A DNA stretch of 64,000 bases. Source: an uncultured Bacillaceae bacterium (GTDB lineage Bacteria; Bacillota; Bacilli; Bacillales; DSM-1321). Below, one piece after another: positions 31,212 to 41,734 of this stretch. The position numbers and the translations under genes are program-made. The DNA lies in the NCBI GenBank assembly GCA_963754185.1, contig CAVWEP010000002.1, forward strand, positions 830,192 through 894,191. The letters are read 5' to 3'. The notes beneath the pieces were generated by a model. The model was not told the DNA's origin. It saw only the letters and a program-made list of their open reading frames with translations, and did not search any database. Positions within the stretch are counted from its first letter, which is position 1; every line of letters starts with the position of its first letter.

Positions 31212-32323
31212 GATCCATTCACCTCATCATGATTTCCTTCATCCATTTGGATCAGTTCTTTCAACAAATCAACATATTGGGCCGCTACTACTTCAATGGA
31301 AAAATGGTCTTGAATATGCTCAATTGCTGCTTTCGACATCTGCTGATAGAGATTCGGATGATCTACTATACGATAAATTTGCTTCACTGCAGATTCCACA
31401 TTTTGTCCACGATAAAGCATTCCTGTCTCCCCTTGAACAACCAATTCTGTAACAGGCATCATGTTTGAAGCAACCACCGGTACGCCACAACTCATCGACT
31501 CAATAAACGTATTACCAAATGATTCTGATTTTGTGGTAGCAAGCGTGCATCCGCCCGATTGTCGAATTTTCGCATAGATATGTGGCATTTGCTGATAGGG
31601 AATGACTGGAAACCATTTAATGATATCGGTGAGTTTTTCCTCTTGCCATTTTGCTGCAAATTCCTCACGCTGTATACTTTGTGCTCCACCAATGACCCAA
31701 ATTTCAAGATCATCGCGCTCAGCTTTCATTTTTTTAGCTATATCTAGCAGCATTGGCCAGTTTTTACGTTTGTCCAATCTGCCAATCCAACCAATAATTT
31801 TTTTATCTTTCGGTAGTATGGGAACACTGTCGAAATCTATTTCCTCAGTCAATAAAGGCCGGAAAAAGGAGGTATCCACACCATTGTAGATGATGTTAAT
31901 GGGGTTTGCCTCTGTCAGAATGGAAACTAAACGTTTTTGATACTGCGAAGGAACAATAATCGATAACGGCTCAATCCCTTGAAATGATTTCAAATGAGGC
32001 TCGAGCTTTATAAGCTCTGGTGTACGCGCTTCTACAATAACAGGTCCTTGATAATTTGCTTTTCGAATCCATTTATAGGCAGCTCCAGTATCCACAACAA
32101 TAATGACATCATAGGCGTTATCTTTAATAATATTGACAATTTCTTTTTTATCCTTGGTTAAATAAACAGGCGCTACATCTTCCATAATATGAAGCCCGCC
32201 ATGGTCGGTCGTATACAGAAATTCTGTATAAATTCCATATTTTTTAAAATAGATTGCGCGATTTCGCCAGCCAGCATTTACTCCGCCAACTGTGAGCAAT
32301 CGCCATATTACAAGCACTTTCAT
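31208..32323 (-). CDS. Glycosyltransferase family 4 (GT-B)
   Basis: IYNGVD, WIGRLDKRKNW and ESFGNTFIESMSCGVPVV (EX7E) motifs. Confidence 0.92.
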   Translation of the reverse strand: MKVLVIWRLLTVGGVNAGWRNRAIYFKKYGIYTEFLYTTDHGGLHIMEDVAPVYLTKDKKEIVNIIKDNAYDVIIVVDTGAAYKWIRKANYQGPVIVEARTPELIKLEPHLKSFQGIEPLSIIVPSQYQKRLVSILTEANPINIIYNGVDTSFFRPLLTEEIDFDSVPILPKDKKIIGWIGRLDKRKNWPMLLDIAKKMKAERDDLEIWVIGGAQSIQREEFAAKWQEEKLTDIIKWFPVIPYQQMPHIYAKIRQSGGCTLATTKSESFGNTFIESMSCGVPVVASNMMPVTELVVQGETGMLYRGQNVESAVKQIYRIVDHPNLYQQMSKAAIEHIQDHFSIEVVAAQYVDLLKELIQMDEGNHDEVNGS

Positions 32324-32424
32324 TTGACTGCTCCTCTCTTCAAACTTGGAATCCCCCTTACTTCTTTTAATCTTTAGCTTGTCTACTCTCTAGCCATTGA
32401 ACTACTATTTTTTTATCTACATCC

Positions 32425-33537
32425 CTATCTACCTTTACGAGGGTTTCCACCATCTCCACGATTTTTGCCATCTCTTTTGTTTTTACCATTATCATTCTTT
32501 TTGTTGTTTCCTTGCTGTTTACCTTTTTCTTGATGTTTATCTTTTTCTTGATGTCTACCTTTTTCTTGTTGTTTATCTTTTTCTCGATGTCTACCTTTTT
32601 CTTGCTGTTTATCTTTTTCTCGATGTCTACCTTTTTCTTGTTGTTTATCTTTTTCTCGATGTCTACCTTTCCCATGATGTCCGCCAGCTCCATGCTGATT
32701 AGCATTTTCACGATTGTCCCAGTATTGATCAATTAATTGCATAACCGATTCTGGGTCTTCTCCCAGTGCAAGCATCGTTTTAACCCATTCTTCTTTAAAT
32801 ACTTTGTGCAGCAAGCCTTCTAGTAAAATCACATAGTTTGCCTCATCTTTTGTCGTCAGCAGCCTTTTGCTTAGCGTTTTCACTACATTGGTCTCTTTCT
32901 TTTCATTAATGAGTACATGATATACTTGACGAGATATTTCTTCCATGCGGATATAGTGCTGCCATTCTTGATACAGCTCTGGAGCCAATTCTTGTACATG
33001 GGATAAAAACATTTCTTTATACTCTTCACCTAAGGAGGTTAATAGCTTGTGTGGATAAGGATATACACGGTCACGCCAAACAGCCCTTGCCACATCAATT
33101 ACTTTTAGACTACCATCCGGCTGCAAATAAATTTGCCGCTTATGGTGGTCAATCCGGTCAAAGCCAACCTCCTTAAACGTAACTAACATCTGAATCAATT
33201 TATAGGAAAGTTCTTTTGTTAGCGGCTGTGATTGCAAGTATTCACGCACATCAACACCTTCAACAAATTCCATCGCAATATAGAGAGAGCCTTTCGCATA
33301 GACTTTCGGGAAGAGACTACTTTTTTGCCCTAGCGAAAGAGCATAATATTCTCGCTCACAATCTTCGGAATTACCAAATACCTTCACACATATATCATTA
33401 GTAAAAGAAAACACTGCCCCTTGTCTCCCTTTACCAATCATCGTTAGCGGGGATTTATTAACGACCTCTACATCTGCATTGATCATATTTTTAACTTGTA
33501 TCTTCTGTACACATTTGTTTAGATATTGAATATCCAT
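32425..33537 (-). CDS. Atypical Ser/Thr kinase (YrzF/RIO-like) with basic repeat tail
   Basis: IGKGRQGAVF G-loop, CVKVF, EREY, RIDHHKRQI catalytic loop and IDVA. AAAGGATGAGG RBS before ATG at 33537. Confidence 0.82.
   Translation of the reverse strand: MDIQYLNKCVQKIQVKNMINADVEVVNKSPLTMIGKGRQGAVFSFTNDICVKVFGNSEDCEREYYALSLGQKSSLFPKVYAKGSLYIAMEFVEGVDVREYLQSQPLTKELSYKLIQMLVTFKEVGFDRIDHHKRQIYLQPDGSLKVIDVARAVWRDRVYPYPHKLLTSLGEEYKEMFLSHVQELAPELYQEWQHYIRMEEISRQVYHVLINEKKETNVVKTLSKRLLTTKDEANYVILLEGLLHKVFKEEWVKTMLALGEDPESVMQLIDQYWDNRENANQHGAGGHHGKGRHREKDKQQEKGRHREKDKQQEKGRHREKDKQQEKGRHQEKDKHQEKGKQQGNNKKNDNGKNKRDGKNRGDGGNPRKGR
32509..32670 (-). repeat. Coding tandem repeat: 9 x 18-bp units alternating as a 36-bp higher-order unit
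   Basis: Encodes KGRHRE-KDKQQE x3, then KGRHQE-KDKHQE-KGKQQG. Confidence 0.95.
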
Positions 33538-33802
33538 ATACCTCATCCTTTCTTGTAATAGGTATCCATCTCTTTTAACTCTACTTCCAAAAACACCACC
33601 TCTTCCTATATTTGATTCAAGAATGCCTGAAAGTGTACATGCTATGGCATAGATAAATGGAATTTTTTTTATTTTAATGCACTTTTTTGCACTAAAAAAA
33701 GCAACCTTCATAGAAAGTTGCTTACTTGTCGCTCTTCTTTTTAAATTATTGGATTTTTGCTAGATATTCAGCGAGTTGGTCGAAAGTTCCGATAAAAGAT
33801 TT

Positions 33803-34471
33803 TTATCCTAGATTTATCAGTTTCTCTAAGCGTTTCCCCAATGATTCACGCCATTCGTTTGCCAATTCTTGAACGTCTAACACTTTTTGTATTCCTTCAA
33901 TATTCTTGTGCTGATGAAAGTAAATCTCATTTCCGAAAAGAATCGATACTTGTTTTGGATGTGGCTCTAATAATGTAATATTAGAGTCGCTTCTAGCCAT
34001 TCCTTCCTCTAAAACACGACACAAGTAACCAGTATAGCCGGTTTCTATCATCCTTTTTAGAAGAGAAGGCATATTGGTTCTTTTCGTAATCGTACTACAT
34101 GGAATCCTACCTTGCGTTATTTGGATAACAGCATCTCCTAGACGAAAGATGTCTCCGATACACACATCTTGCTCCACCATGTTTGTAACGGTTATATTTT
34201 CTCCGAAAGCTGACGGAGGTAAACTACTCCCAAACTCTTGCTCCCAAAGTCCATAATGCTCATGTGGATATACACAAACTGCACGATCAGGACCTCCATG
34301 GTACCGTAAATCGGCTACTCCATCTCCTCGAAACCCTTCTTTTGTTAAGAAAGCCTCCTGGATCGTTTCTTTACATATTCCCGTATCTATTTCTTGATCA
34401 TGACCATACTTCATTTTTTTTGGTAACCCTATCGCAAAATTCACTAGTTCAACAACATTGTGTTTGTCCAT
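33803..34471 (-). CDS. MOSC-domain protein (YiiM-like)
   Basis: HGGPDRAVC, FGENIT, CIGDIF, QGRIPC and GYTGYLCRVLEEG motifs. Confidence 0.92.
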   Translation of the reverse strand: MDKHNVVELVNFAIGLPKKMKYGHDQEIDTGICKETIQEAFLTKEGFRGDGVADLRYHGGPDRAVCVYPHEHYGLWEQEFGSSLPPSAFGENITVTNMVEQDVCIGDIFRLGDAVIQITQGRIPCSTITKRTNMPSLLKRMIETGYTGYLCRVLEEGMARSDSNITLLEPHPKQVSILFGNEIYFHQHKNIEGIQKVLDVQELANEWRESLGKRLEKLINLG

Positions 34472-34659
34472 TTTACGTATGTACTCGCTTTCTATTAGTA
34501 ATAATGGCTTATTCTCGAAATTTTATCACAAAATAGATGCATTCTGCACTTGGGAGATAAAATCCTTTTTCAACCTAACTGCTTATAGTAATAAAAACTG
34601 AAAATCAACCATATAACACATAAGGGAAAGGTTAAATTTCAATAAAGGAGATGATTTTT

Positions 34660-35313
34660 ATGAAAAAACAGCTCTTAAACATAATGATATTATTTATGGC
34701 ATTGGCCTTATTCTTTTCTCCCCTAAATACTGAGGCAAAAGGAGAAAGGGATCAGCAAAATCCGTGTAGTAATCAAGCCTCCGTACAACTAAAAACAGCG
34801 TTACAAAAGCTTTGGATTGATCATACTATATGGACAAGAAGCTATATTGTAAGTGCTATATCGGGTCTAGAGGATCAAGAAAAGGTACTTGCAAGGTTAT
34901 TAAAAAATCAGGATGATATAGGAAATGCAATAAAGCCCTATTATGGGGATGCGGCTGGCAACAGGCTAGCTGAACTGTTAAGAGAGCATATCCTTATTGG
35001 AGGAAAAGTGGTAGATGCAGCAAAAAGCGGAAACCAGGATACTCTAAAAAAATATAACACGGAATGGTATAAAAACGCTGACGATATTGCTCTGTTTCTC
35101 AGCAAAGCCAATCCGAATTGGAGCAATGCTGAATTGAAAGACATGTTACACATGCATTTAAAACTAGTTACAGACCAAGTTGTAACGCGACTTGAAAAAG
35201 ATTGGGATGCTGAAATTTTAGCTTATGATGAAGGTGAAGATCATATGATTGAATTCGCAGACATACTAACAAAAGGGATTATAAAGCAATTCCCAAATAA
35301 GTTTCAGCAATAA
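34660..35313 (+). CDS. Secreted helical protein of unknown function with His-bearing repeats
   Basis: Signal peptide ending TEA; LWIDH, LREH and LHMH helices; KNQDDI/KNADDI repeat. Confidence 0.8.
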   Translation: MKKQLLNIMILFMALALFFSPLNTEAKGERDQQNPCSNQASVQLKTALQKLWIDHTIWTRSYIVSAISGLEDQEKVLARLLKNQDDIGNAIKPYYGDAAGNRLAELLREHILIGGKVVDAAKSGNQDTLKKYNTEWYKNADDIALFLSKANPNWSNAELKDMLHMHLKLVTDQVVTRLEKDWDAEILAYDEGEDHMIEFADILTKGIIKQFPNKFQQ

Positions 35314-35497
35314 TTACTATTATGACCAATCCCATGGCTAAAGCTGATGGGATTCTTTTTTGCAATCCCCCTACCTGCACTTTTTCCTAAAAAGAGGAGC
35401 ATATATGATAAGATAACTGAAACAAAAATAAGAGAGTTGACTAAACATTTGAGTTCACTCTCTTATTTTTGTGAAACAGACATAAATGACTAGCTGA

Positions 35498-35605
35498 CTA
35501 TTGATAGCTTATCTCAAAATGAAGTTGTACAAATTCTCCAAAACGATGCGTTTGTTTAAGTTTCAATTTACTTTCAGGATTATCCGCTTTGAATAGAAGT
35601 ATTCC
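35498..35605 (-). pseudogene. C-terminal stump of a RibD_C/DHFR-like reductase gene
   Basis: GILLFKADNPESKLKLKQTHRFGEFVQLHFEISYQ* resembles the G(I)PLF...L.L.....F...VQL.Y end of that family. No start. Confidence 0.5.
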
Positions 35606-35609
35606 TTAT

Positions 35610-36135
35610 TCATTTTTTATAAACAACGACAGTACCAGCAATCAAATCGTGCAACGATTGTTTCTTTTTCGTAAATGCTGCCATTATATAACCAATGTAG
35701 AGGATGCTCGATAGGATGGTGGCAAAAAAACGGCCTAGGGAACGTCCAAAGGAAATTCGCTTTCCATGTACATCGGTTACTTTGATTCCCACAATCATTT
35801 TCCCCAATGTTCCTTGCCATTTCGATGCGTGCATGCCCGCATAATACAGCGTGGAAATCATGAGTGAACCCAAATAAAGGAATATATTTAGAATTAAAAG
35901 GGATTCCTCGTAAACATCGGTATTCACCTCAGTAGAAGAGAACATTGAGAAGATTCCTAATATAAATGCTATGATAAATATCGGAATCCCAATAATAATT
36001 CCATCAATGAAAGAGGCCGCAAAACGAATCCAAAATCCCGCATATCTTCTATTTGCAGTGTCAACCAGACTTGCTCCGCAGTTTGAACAAAAATCTCCTG
36101 CTACCTACTTCATAACCACATTCTTTACAATACAT
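35610..36135 (-). CDS. Zinc-ribbon plus RDD-family membrane protein, frameshifted near 36100
   Basis: MYCKECG...FCSNCG; YAGFWIRFAASFIDG, QGTLGKMIVGIKV and QSLHDLIAGTVVV motifs. Confidence 0.85.
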
Positions 36136-36214
36136 TTTTATCCCCCCTTATTTCTAATTATCCCATATATCATGAATGGGAAGAAACTTATTTTAGAAAT
36201 ACTGAGATTTCTCA

Positions 36215-36311
36215 TTGCATGATTTTCCTATACATTCGCATGATTATGATAAGAATCCGCACGATTTTTACGCAACTTCGAATGATTACGAAAGAAATTC
36301 GCATGATTTCG
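36215..36311. repeat. Five-copy array with exact 21-bp period and core G(C/A)A(T/C)GATT
   Basis: Cores begin at 36217, 36238, 36259, 36280 and 36301; the intervening bases vary. Confidence 0.85.
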
Positions 36312-36386
36312 GGTAGTTAGGATGCTGATCGCCCCATCGTGTAACGCAAAAAGCCCCCAGATAAGAGAGCTTTTCTGCACATTCAT

Positions 36387-38802
36387 TTAGTTCGCTACGA
36401 TATTCACCAGTTTGCCTGGTACAGCAATGACTTTACGCATTGTTTTGCCATCGATTTGTTCTTTAATGCTTTCTTCGCCCATTGCAATTTCTTGTAGTTG
36501 TTCTTTTGTTGTATCAGTTGGAACCATTAATTTTGTTTTCACTTTACCATTGATTTGGACAACGATTTCGATTTCATCATCGACAAGTTTTGCTTCGTCA
36601 AATGCTGGCCATGTTTCATACGTGATACTCTCAGTATGGCCTAAATGTGCCCATAAGTTCTTCAGCAATGTGTGGTGCAACTGGTGACAATAGTTTCACA
36701 AAGCCTTCAATATATTCTTTTGGAAGCTCTTCTGCTTTGTAGCAATCATTGATGAACACCATCAATTGTGAAATCGCTGTGTTAAACTTCAATTCCTCAT
36801 AGTTTTCCGTTACTTTTTTCACAGTTTGGTGATACACTTTCTCCAATTTACCACTATGATCTGAATCGACAAGCTTAGATGTTACTTGATCGTTATCATC
36901 AACAAGTAGACGCCATACGCGATCTAGGAAGCGACGTGCTCCGTCTAATCCATTTGTAGACCAAGCAATTGATGCGTCTAGTGGGCCCATGAACATTTCG
37001 TATAAGCGAAGTGTATCCGCACCATGGCTTTCCACGATATCATCTGGATTCACAACGTTTCCTTTTGATTTACTCATTTTTTCATTATTTTCACCAAGAA
37101 TCATCCCTTGGTTAAATAGGTTTTGGAATGGTTCTTTCGTTGGAACTACGCCGATATCATATAAGAATTTATGCCAGAAGCGTGCGTATAGCAAGTGAAG
37201 AACAGCATGCTCTGCTCCACCGATATAAATATCGACTGGCATCCATTCTTTTAATTTGTCAAAATCAGCAAGTGCTTCTTTATTATTCGGATCGATATAA
37301 CGTAAGAAGTACCAGCTGCTGCCTGCCCATTGTGGCATTGTGTTTGTTTCACGACGACCTTTACGTCCATTTTCATCGGTTACATTTACCCAATCCGTAA
37401 TATTCGCAAGTGGTGATTCACCTGTTCCAGATGGCTTAATATCTGTAGCTTTTGGTAAAAGTAATGGAAGCTCTTCTTCTTTTACTGCTTCAACAGAGCC
37501 ATCTTCCCAATGGATAATTGGAATTGGTTCCCCCCAGTAACGTTGACGACTAAATAACCAATCGCGTAGGCGGAAGGTTACTTTTTTCGTACCAATTCCT
37601 TTTTCTTCTAACCATTCGATCATCGTTTTAATTCCGTCTTCTTTATTTAAACCATTTAAGAAGTCTGAGTTTACATGCTCACCGTCTCCAGTGTACGCTT
37701 CTTTCGTTACATCACCGCCAGCCACAACTTCAATAATTGGTAAGTCAAATTTAACGGCAAATTCATAGTCACGCTCATCATGTGCTGGAACGGCCATAAT
37801 TGCTCCTGTTCCATAGCTAATTAACACATAGTCAGCAATCCAAATTGGCATTTTCGCTCCATTAACTGGGTTGATGGCATATGCCCCTGTGAAGACACCT
37901 GTTTTATCTTTGGCTAAATCCGTTCTTTCCAGGTCACTTTTATGTTTAACGACATCTAAGTAAGCGTCAACCGCTGCTTGTTGCTCAGGAGTTGTGATTT
38001 TTTCAACAAATGGATGTTCTGGTGCTAATACGGCATACGTTGCTCCGAATAATGTATCTGGACGAGTTGTAAATACCGTAAAGGTTTCATCATGTCCGTC
38101 GATACCGAATGTCACTTCCGCTCCTTCAGAACGTCCAATCCAATTGCGTTGCATGTCTTTAATATTTTCTGGCCAATCAACTGTTTCTAAATCATCAAGT
38201 AAACGGTCAGCATACGCTGTAATACGAAGCATCCATTGTTTCATTGGACGACGTTCAACTGGGTGTCCTCCACGCTCACTTAATCCGTCAATAACCTCTT
38301 CATTTGCAAGTACTGTCCCAAGTGCTGGACACCAGTTCACAGCCACTTCATCAATATAAGCAAGACCTTTTTCATATAGCTTTAAGAAAATCCATTGTGT
38401 CCATTTATAGTATTCTGGGTCTGTTGTATTAATTTCGCGATCCCAGTCATATGAGAAACCAAGTGATTTGATTTGGCGACGGAATGTATTAATATTATGT
38501 TCCGTGAATTCTGCTGGATCATTTCCGGTATCAATCGCATATTGTTCTGCAGGAAGACCGAATGCATCCCAACCAATTGGATGAAGTACATTATAGCCCT
38601 GCATTCGCTTCATACGTGCTAAAATATCACTTGCTGTATATCCTTCTGGATGACCTACATGCAGTCCTGCACCTGATGGATACGGGAACATATCAAGTGC
38701 ATAGAACTTACCCTTTCCACTTTCTTCACCTGTTTTAAACGTTTTATTTTCTTCCCAATATTGTTGCCATTTCGTTTCAATACGTTTATGATCAAAACTC
38801 AT
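36387..38802 (-). CDS. leuS: Leucine--tRNA ligase, frameshifted near 36650
   Basis: [19 protein letters not shown] and C-terminal VPGKLVNIV motifs; Leu T-box upstream. Confidence 0.98.
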
Positions 38803-38903
38803 TTTTAGCTTCCTCCTATTTCCTATATAAAGCCATAAAACCAACACAAGATAAGATCTTCACCCCATGTATGGAAAATAACGATTTATTTCAAATTTCA
38901 TAA

Positions 38904-39150
38904 TAAAAAACCCCTCATCCCAAATAGGGACGAGAGGATTATGTATATCTTCCCGCGGTACCACCCACATTGGCAACTTACATAACGTTGCCCAGCTCAG
39001 ACATCCGTAACGTGGACTAGCACGCCAGGTGTTACTTGATTTCACACCTGAAACTCAAAAGGCGAGTTCACAATCAATCCAGGTTGACTTGCACCATCCG
39101 TCAACTCTCTACACTGGCTCTAATTGCTACTACTCCTCATCATAGTCTTT
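38904..39150 (-). promoter_or_regulatory. T-box riboswitch, Leu (CUC specifier)
   Basis: T-box AATGTGGGTGGTACCGCG at 38954-38971; specifier GAA-CTC-GCC (CUC at 39064-39066); terminator at ~38904-38945. Confidence 0.95.
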
Positions 39151-39662
39151 ATAAAAGTATTTTAATCTACTTTATTCTAGTAAATTTTTTCAACAATTGC
39201 AATAGCTACTCGCAAAAACATTATAACCATGTTTTTGATTATATATGCATTTACATGGATTTTTGTGCTGGAGAATGGATGAATGTTGTTCAGCTTCTTC
39301 ATTGGCTATACAAGCCAGATTAGCTATGTACTCAGTATCATTATCGCTTTAATCGAAATAGTCCCTCCATCATCGAAAAAGTAAAGCGAGCGGTGGCAAA
39401 TATTTCGTAAAATTTAGGGTATCGTAACAATAAATTATAGTAAACAGCTTTGTTACCCAGCTTCATAAAAAATTCACTTTATACACTCCCCTAAATTAGT
39501 TATAATTAAAAATTGGATTTATTACATATAAAGTCATCTATTTTATGGATTGATTTAACTTCTATACCAAAAGGTAACGTGAACATGGCTAAACTTATTA
39601 GACTAAATATTAAGTTTGCTTGCTCTATTCCTTGTTAAAAAAAGAAAGAAGGACATTATTCT

Positions 39663-41615
39663 ATGAGTAAATCTACACAACCAATTAGATTCTCTAAATC
39701 TGCATCTGCTGGAGCAGCTTCCTTTTCACAAACTTTTAAACAGGCCTTTGTGGTAAAAAAGAATCCATTTCCATGGCTGAAAGCTTTTTGTGCTGCATTA
39801 AGTGCCGCATTGCCTGTTTTCATTGGATTACTATTAGGGAGTTTTGAATACGGCTTAACAGCTGGAATCGGTGCTTTTACCTTTCTATACATGTTCAATC
39901 AACCGTTTGCACAAAGAGCAAAAAAACTGTTTTTTGTCATGATAGGCCTATCTTTATGTATGGGCTTAGGTACTATTTTGGCTCCCTATCCAACTATAGC
40001 CGCCATCATGATGGGGATTATTGGAGCTATAGTCATCTTTATCTTTGGCGCTTTAAATATCACCGGCCCTTCCGCTGTATTTTTTATTTTATGTTACGCA
40101 ATGGCTACAGGAATGCCTGTCGACCCATCACTTGCTCCGCTCCGTTCCGGTCTCGTTTTTCTCGGAGGGGCTTTATCTTGGGTGATTGCTATGCTTGGCT
40201 GGTTTGTCAATCCTCACAGACCAGAAAGAAACGCCGTACATAAAGTATATGTAGAGTTAGCTCAACTCTTAGATTCAATCGGTACAAAGAATTTTAATGC
40301 AACTAGGCATCAAGCCGTCATGACCCTAAAACGAGCAGATAATACCCTCATGGGTGGATATACCTCTTGGCATGTTTCAGATAAGTTTAAGCGATTATAT
40401 CTATTAAATGAACATGCTAACCTTCTCTTTTTAGAGATCCTTGAAATATCTTTAAATAGGAAAGAAAAACTACCACAGGAATTAGGAGATTCTGTCCGGG
40501 CCCTTGCCACATCCATTAAGGAGAAAAAGCAGAATATCACGAAAATCCTGCAGCCTATACAAATTGATGAAACAGCGGAACAGTTATTTGCAAAAGTTTA
40601 CAACGCGGATGCCATTATGAATGAACCTATTTCCAAAATTCATCGAGACGTTCACATTGTAAAACCATCATTAAAGACGATTTTTTTAGGAGCATTTGAT
40701 AAAAACTCGATTGTGTTTCTTTCCTCCATTAAATATGGAATCGTTCTGATTGTTGCTGCTCTTTTAGCCCATTATCTTAATTTTGAACGATCATATTGGG
40801 TTCCACTTTCCTGTGCAGCAGTCATGTCTGGGTCGACCATTATCGCTACATTGCATCGCGCAGTTCAGCGAACATTCGGAACCATGATTGGCATTCTAGT
40901 AGCAAGCCTCATTCTGATAACGGTGCATAATGGGTATATCATTGCCTTAATCATTCTAGGCTTGACGTTCCTAACAGAGCTTTTTATCGTGCGCAATTAC
41001 GGTGTTGCCGCCATGTTCTTTACGCCATCCGCTTTAATCATGGCTGAATATGCAACTGGCGTACACGACTTCTCTTTTTATGCTACTGTAAGACTAACGG
41101 ATATCCTAGTAGGAAGTCTCATTGGTTTGATTGGGGCTTTAATCGTAGGCAGACGTTCTGCATCCAGTCTTCTGCCCCATTTCATCTCTAAAACGATTCG
41201 AAGCCAGGGACAATTTTTACTGATGCTGTTTTCTGAAAACAATAGCAGCATTAGATTTGAAAAAAGCAACGAACGAAGCAAAATGCAAACAAATCTCATC
41301 AATTTAACAACGGTATATAATACAGCATTAGGTGAACTCTTTAGCAATAAGGCAAAGTTAGAATCCCTTTGGCCGCTTATCTTCTCTATCCAACAGCTAG
41401 GATATTTACTTAATTCTAGTTTGAAATATTATGAACGACCTGTACTTTCTGATCAAAGTCTTGCCCAATTGCTTTACGTTTTTGAAACGATGGCACTTTC
41501 TGCAGACCAAAATCAACGACATATAGAAAAAGTTGTACCTGAAATTGAAGGGTTTGCCAAAATTCAAAAAGAAATTCTCTCTCTTCAAGATGCCATGATT
41601 GTTAGTCAAAGTTAA
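39663..41615 (+). CDS. FUSC-family (YccS/YhfK-like) membrane exporter
   Basis: Two multi-TM blocks; RSYWVPLS and RAVQRTFGTMIG FUSC motifs; RLTDILVG. Confidence 0.88.
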   Translation: MSKSTQPIRFSKSASAGAASFSQTFKQAFVVKKNPFPWLKAFCAALSAALPVFIGLLLGSFEYGLTAGIGAFTFLYMFNQPFAQRAKKLFFVMIGLSLCMGLGTILAPYPTIAAIMMGIIGAIVIFIFGALNITGPSAVFFILCYAMATGMPVDPSLAPLRSGLVFLGGALSWVIAMLGWFVNPHRPERNAVHKVYVELAQLLDSIGTKNFNATRHQAVMTLKRADNTLMGGYTSWHVSDKFKRLYLLNEHANLLFLEILEISLNRKEKLPQELGDSVRALATSIKEKKQNITKILQPIQIDETAEQLFAKVYNADAIMNEPISKIHRDVHIVKPSLKTIFLGAFDKNSIVFLSSIKYGIVLIVAALLAHYLNFERSYWVPLSCAAVMSGSTIIATLHRAVQRTFGTMIGILVASLILITVHNGYIIALIILGLTFLTELFIVRNYGVAAMFFTPSALIMAEYATGVHDFSFYATVRLTDILVGSLIGLIGALIVGRRSASSLLPHFISKTIRSQGQFLLMLFSENNSSIRFEKSNERSKMQTNLINLTTVYNTALGELFSNKAKLESLWPLIFSIQQLGYLLNSSLKYYERPVLSDQSLAQLLYVFETMALSADQNQRHIEKVVPEIEGFAKIQKEILSLQDAMIVSQS

Positions 41616-41734
41616 GAAAAGCCAGAAGCAAAAAAGAAGAAGACCTTTTTGCTTCTGGCTTCTTTTGTAGGCTCTGCATAACAATAAGAAATAGAATTTA
41701 TTTCAATTATAGCCTAGTTTAGCTAAAAAAAATG

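Noticed and set aside
32367-32736. ORFs 32367-32732, 32397-32702 and 32512-32736
   Set aside because: They are alternative-frame or antisense readings of the stop-free tandem repeat in the kinase tail, with no RBS.
35393-35416. Strong AGAGGAG RBS followed by ATG
   Set aside because: The ORF is only Met-Ile-Arg-stop; at most it is the scar of a lost gene.
36215-36311. 21-bp array as a CRISPR array
   Set aside because: The core is only ~8-11 bp, the filler ~10-13 bp, and there is no leader or cas gene.
36387-38802. Programmed ribosomal frameshifting in leuS (also pepV, rsuA, thiG)
   Set aside because: There is no convincing slippery heptamer or stimulatory structure, these genes are continuous in related bacteria, and similar indels are scattered through the window.
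39324-39410. QYHYRFNR, resembling the IS1595 transposase C-terminal motif
   Set aside because: The match is only ~5 residues, with no flanking DDE motifs or terminal inverted repeats.
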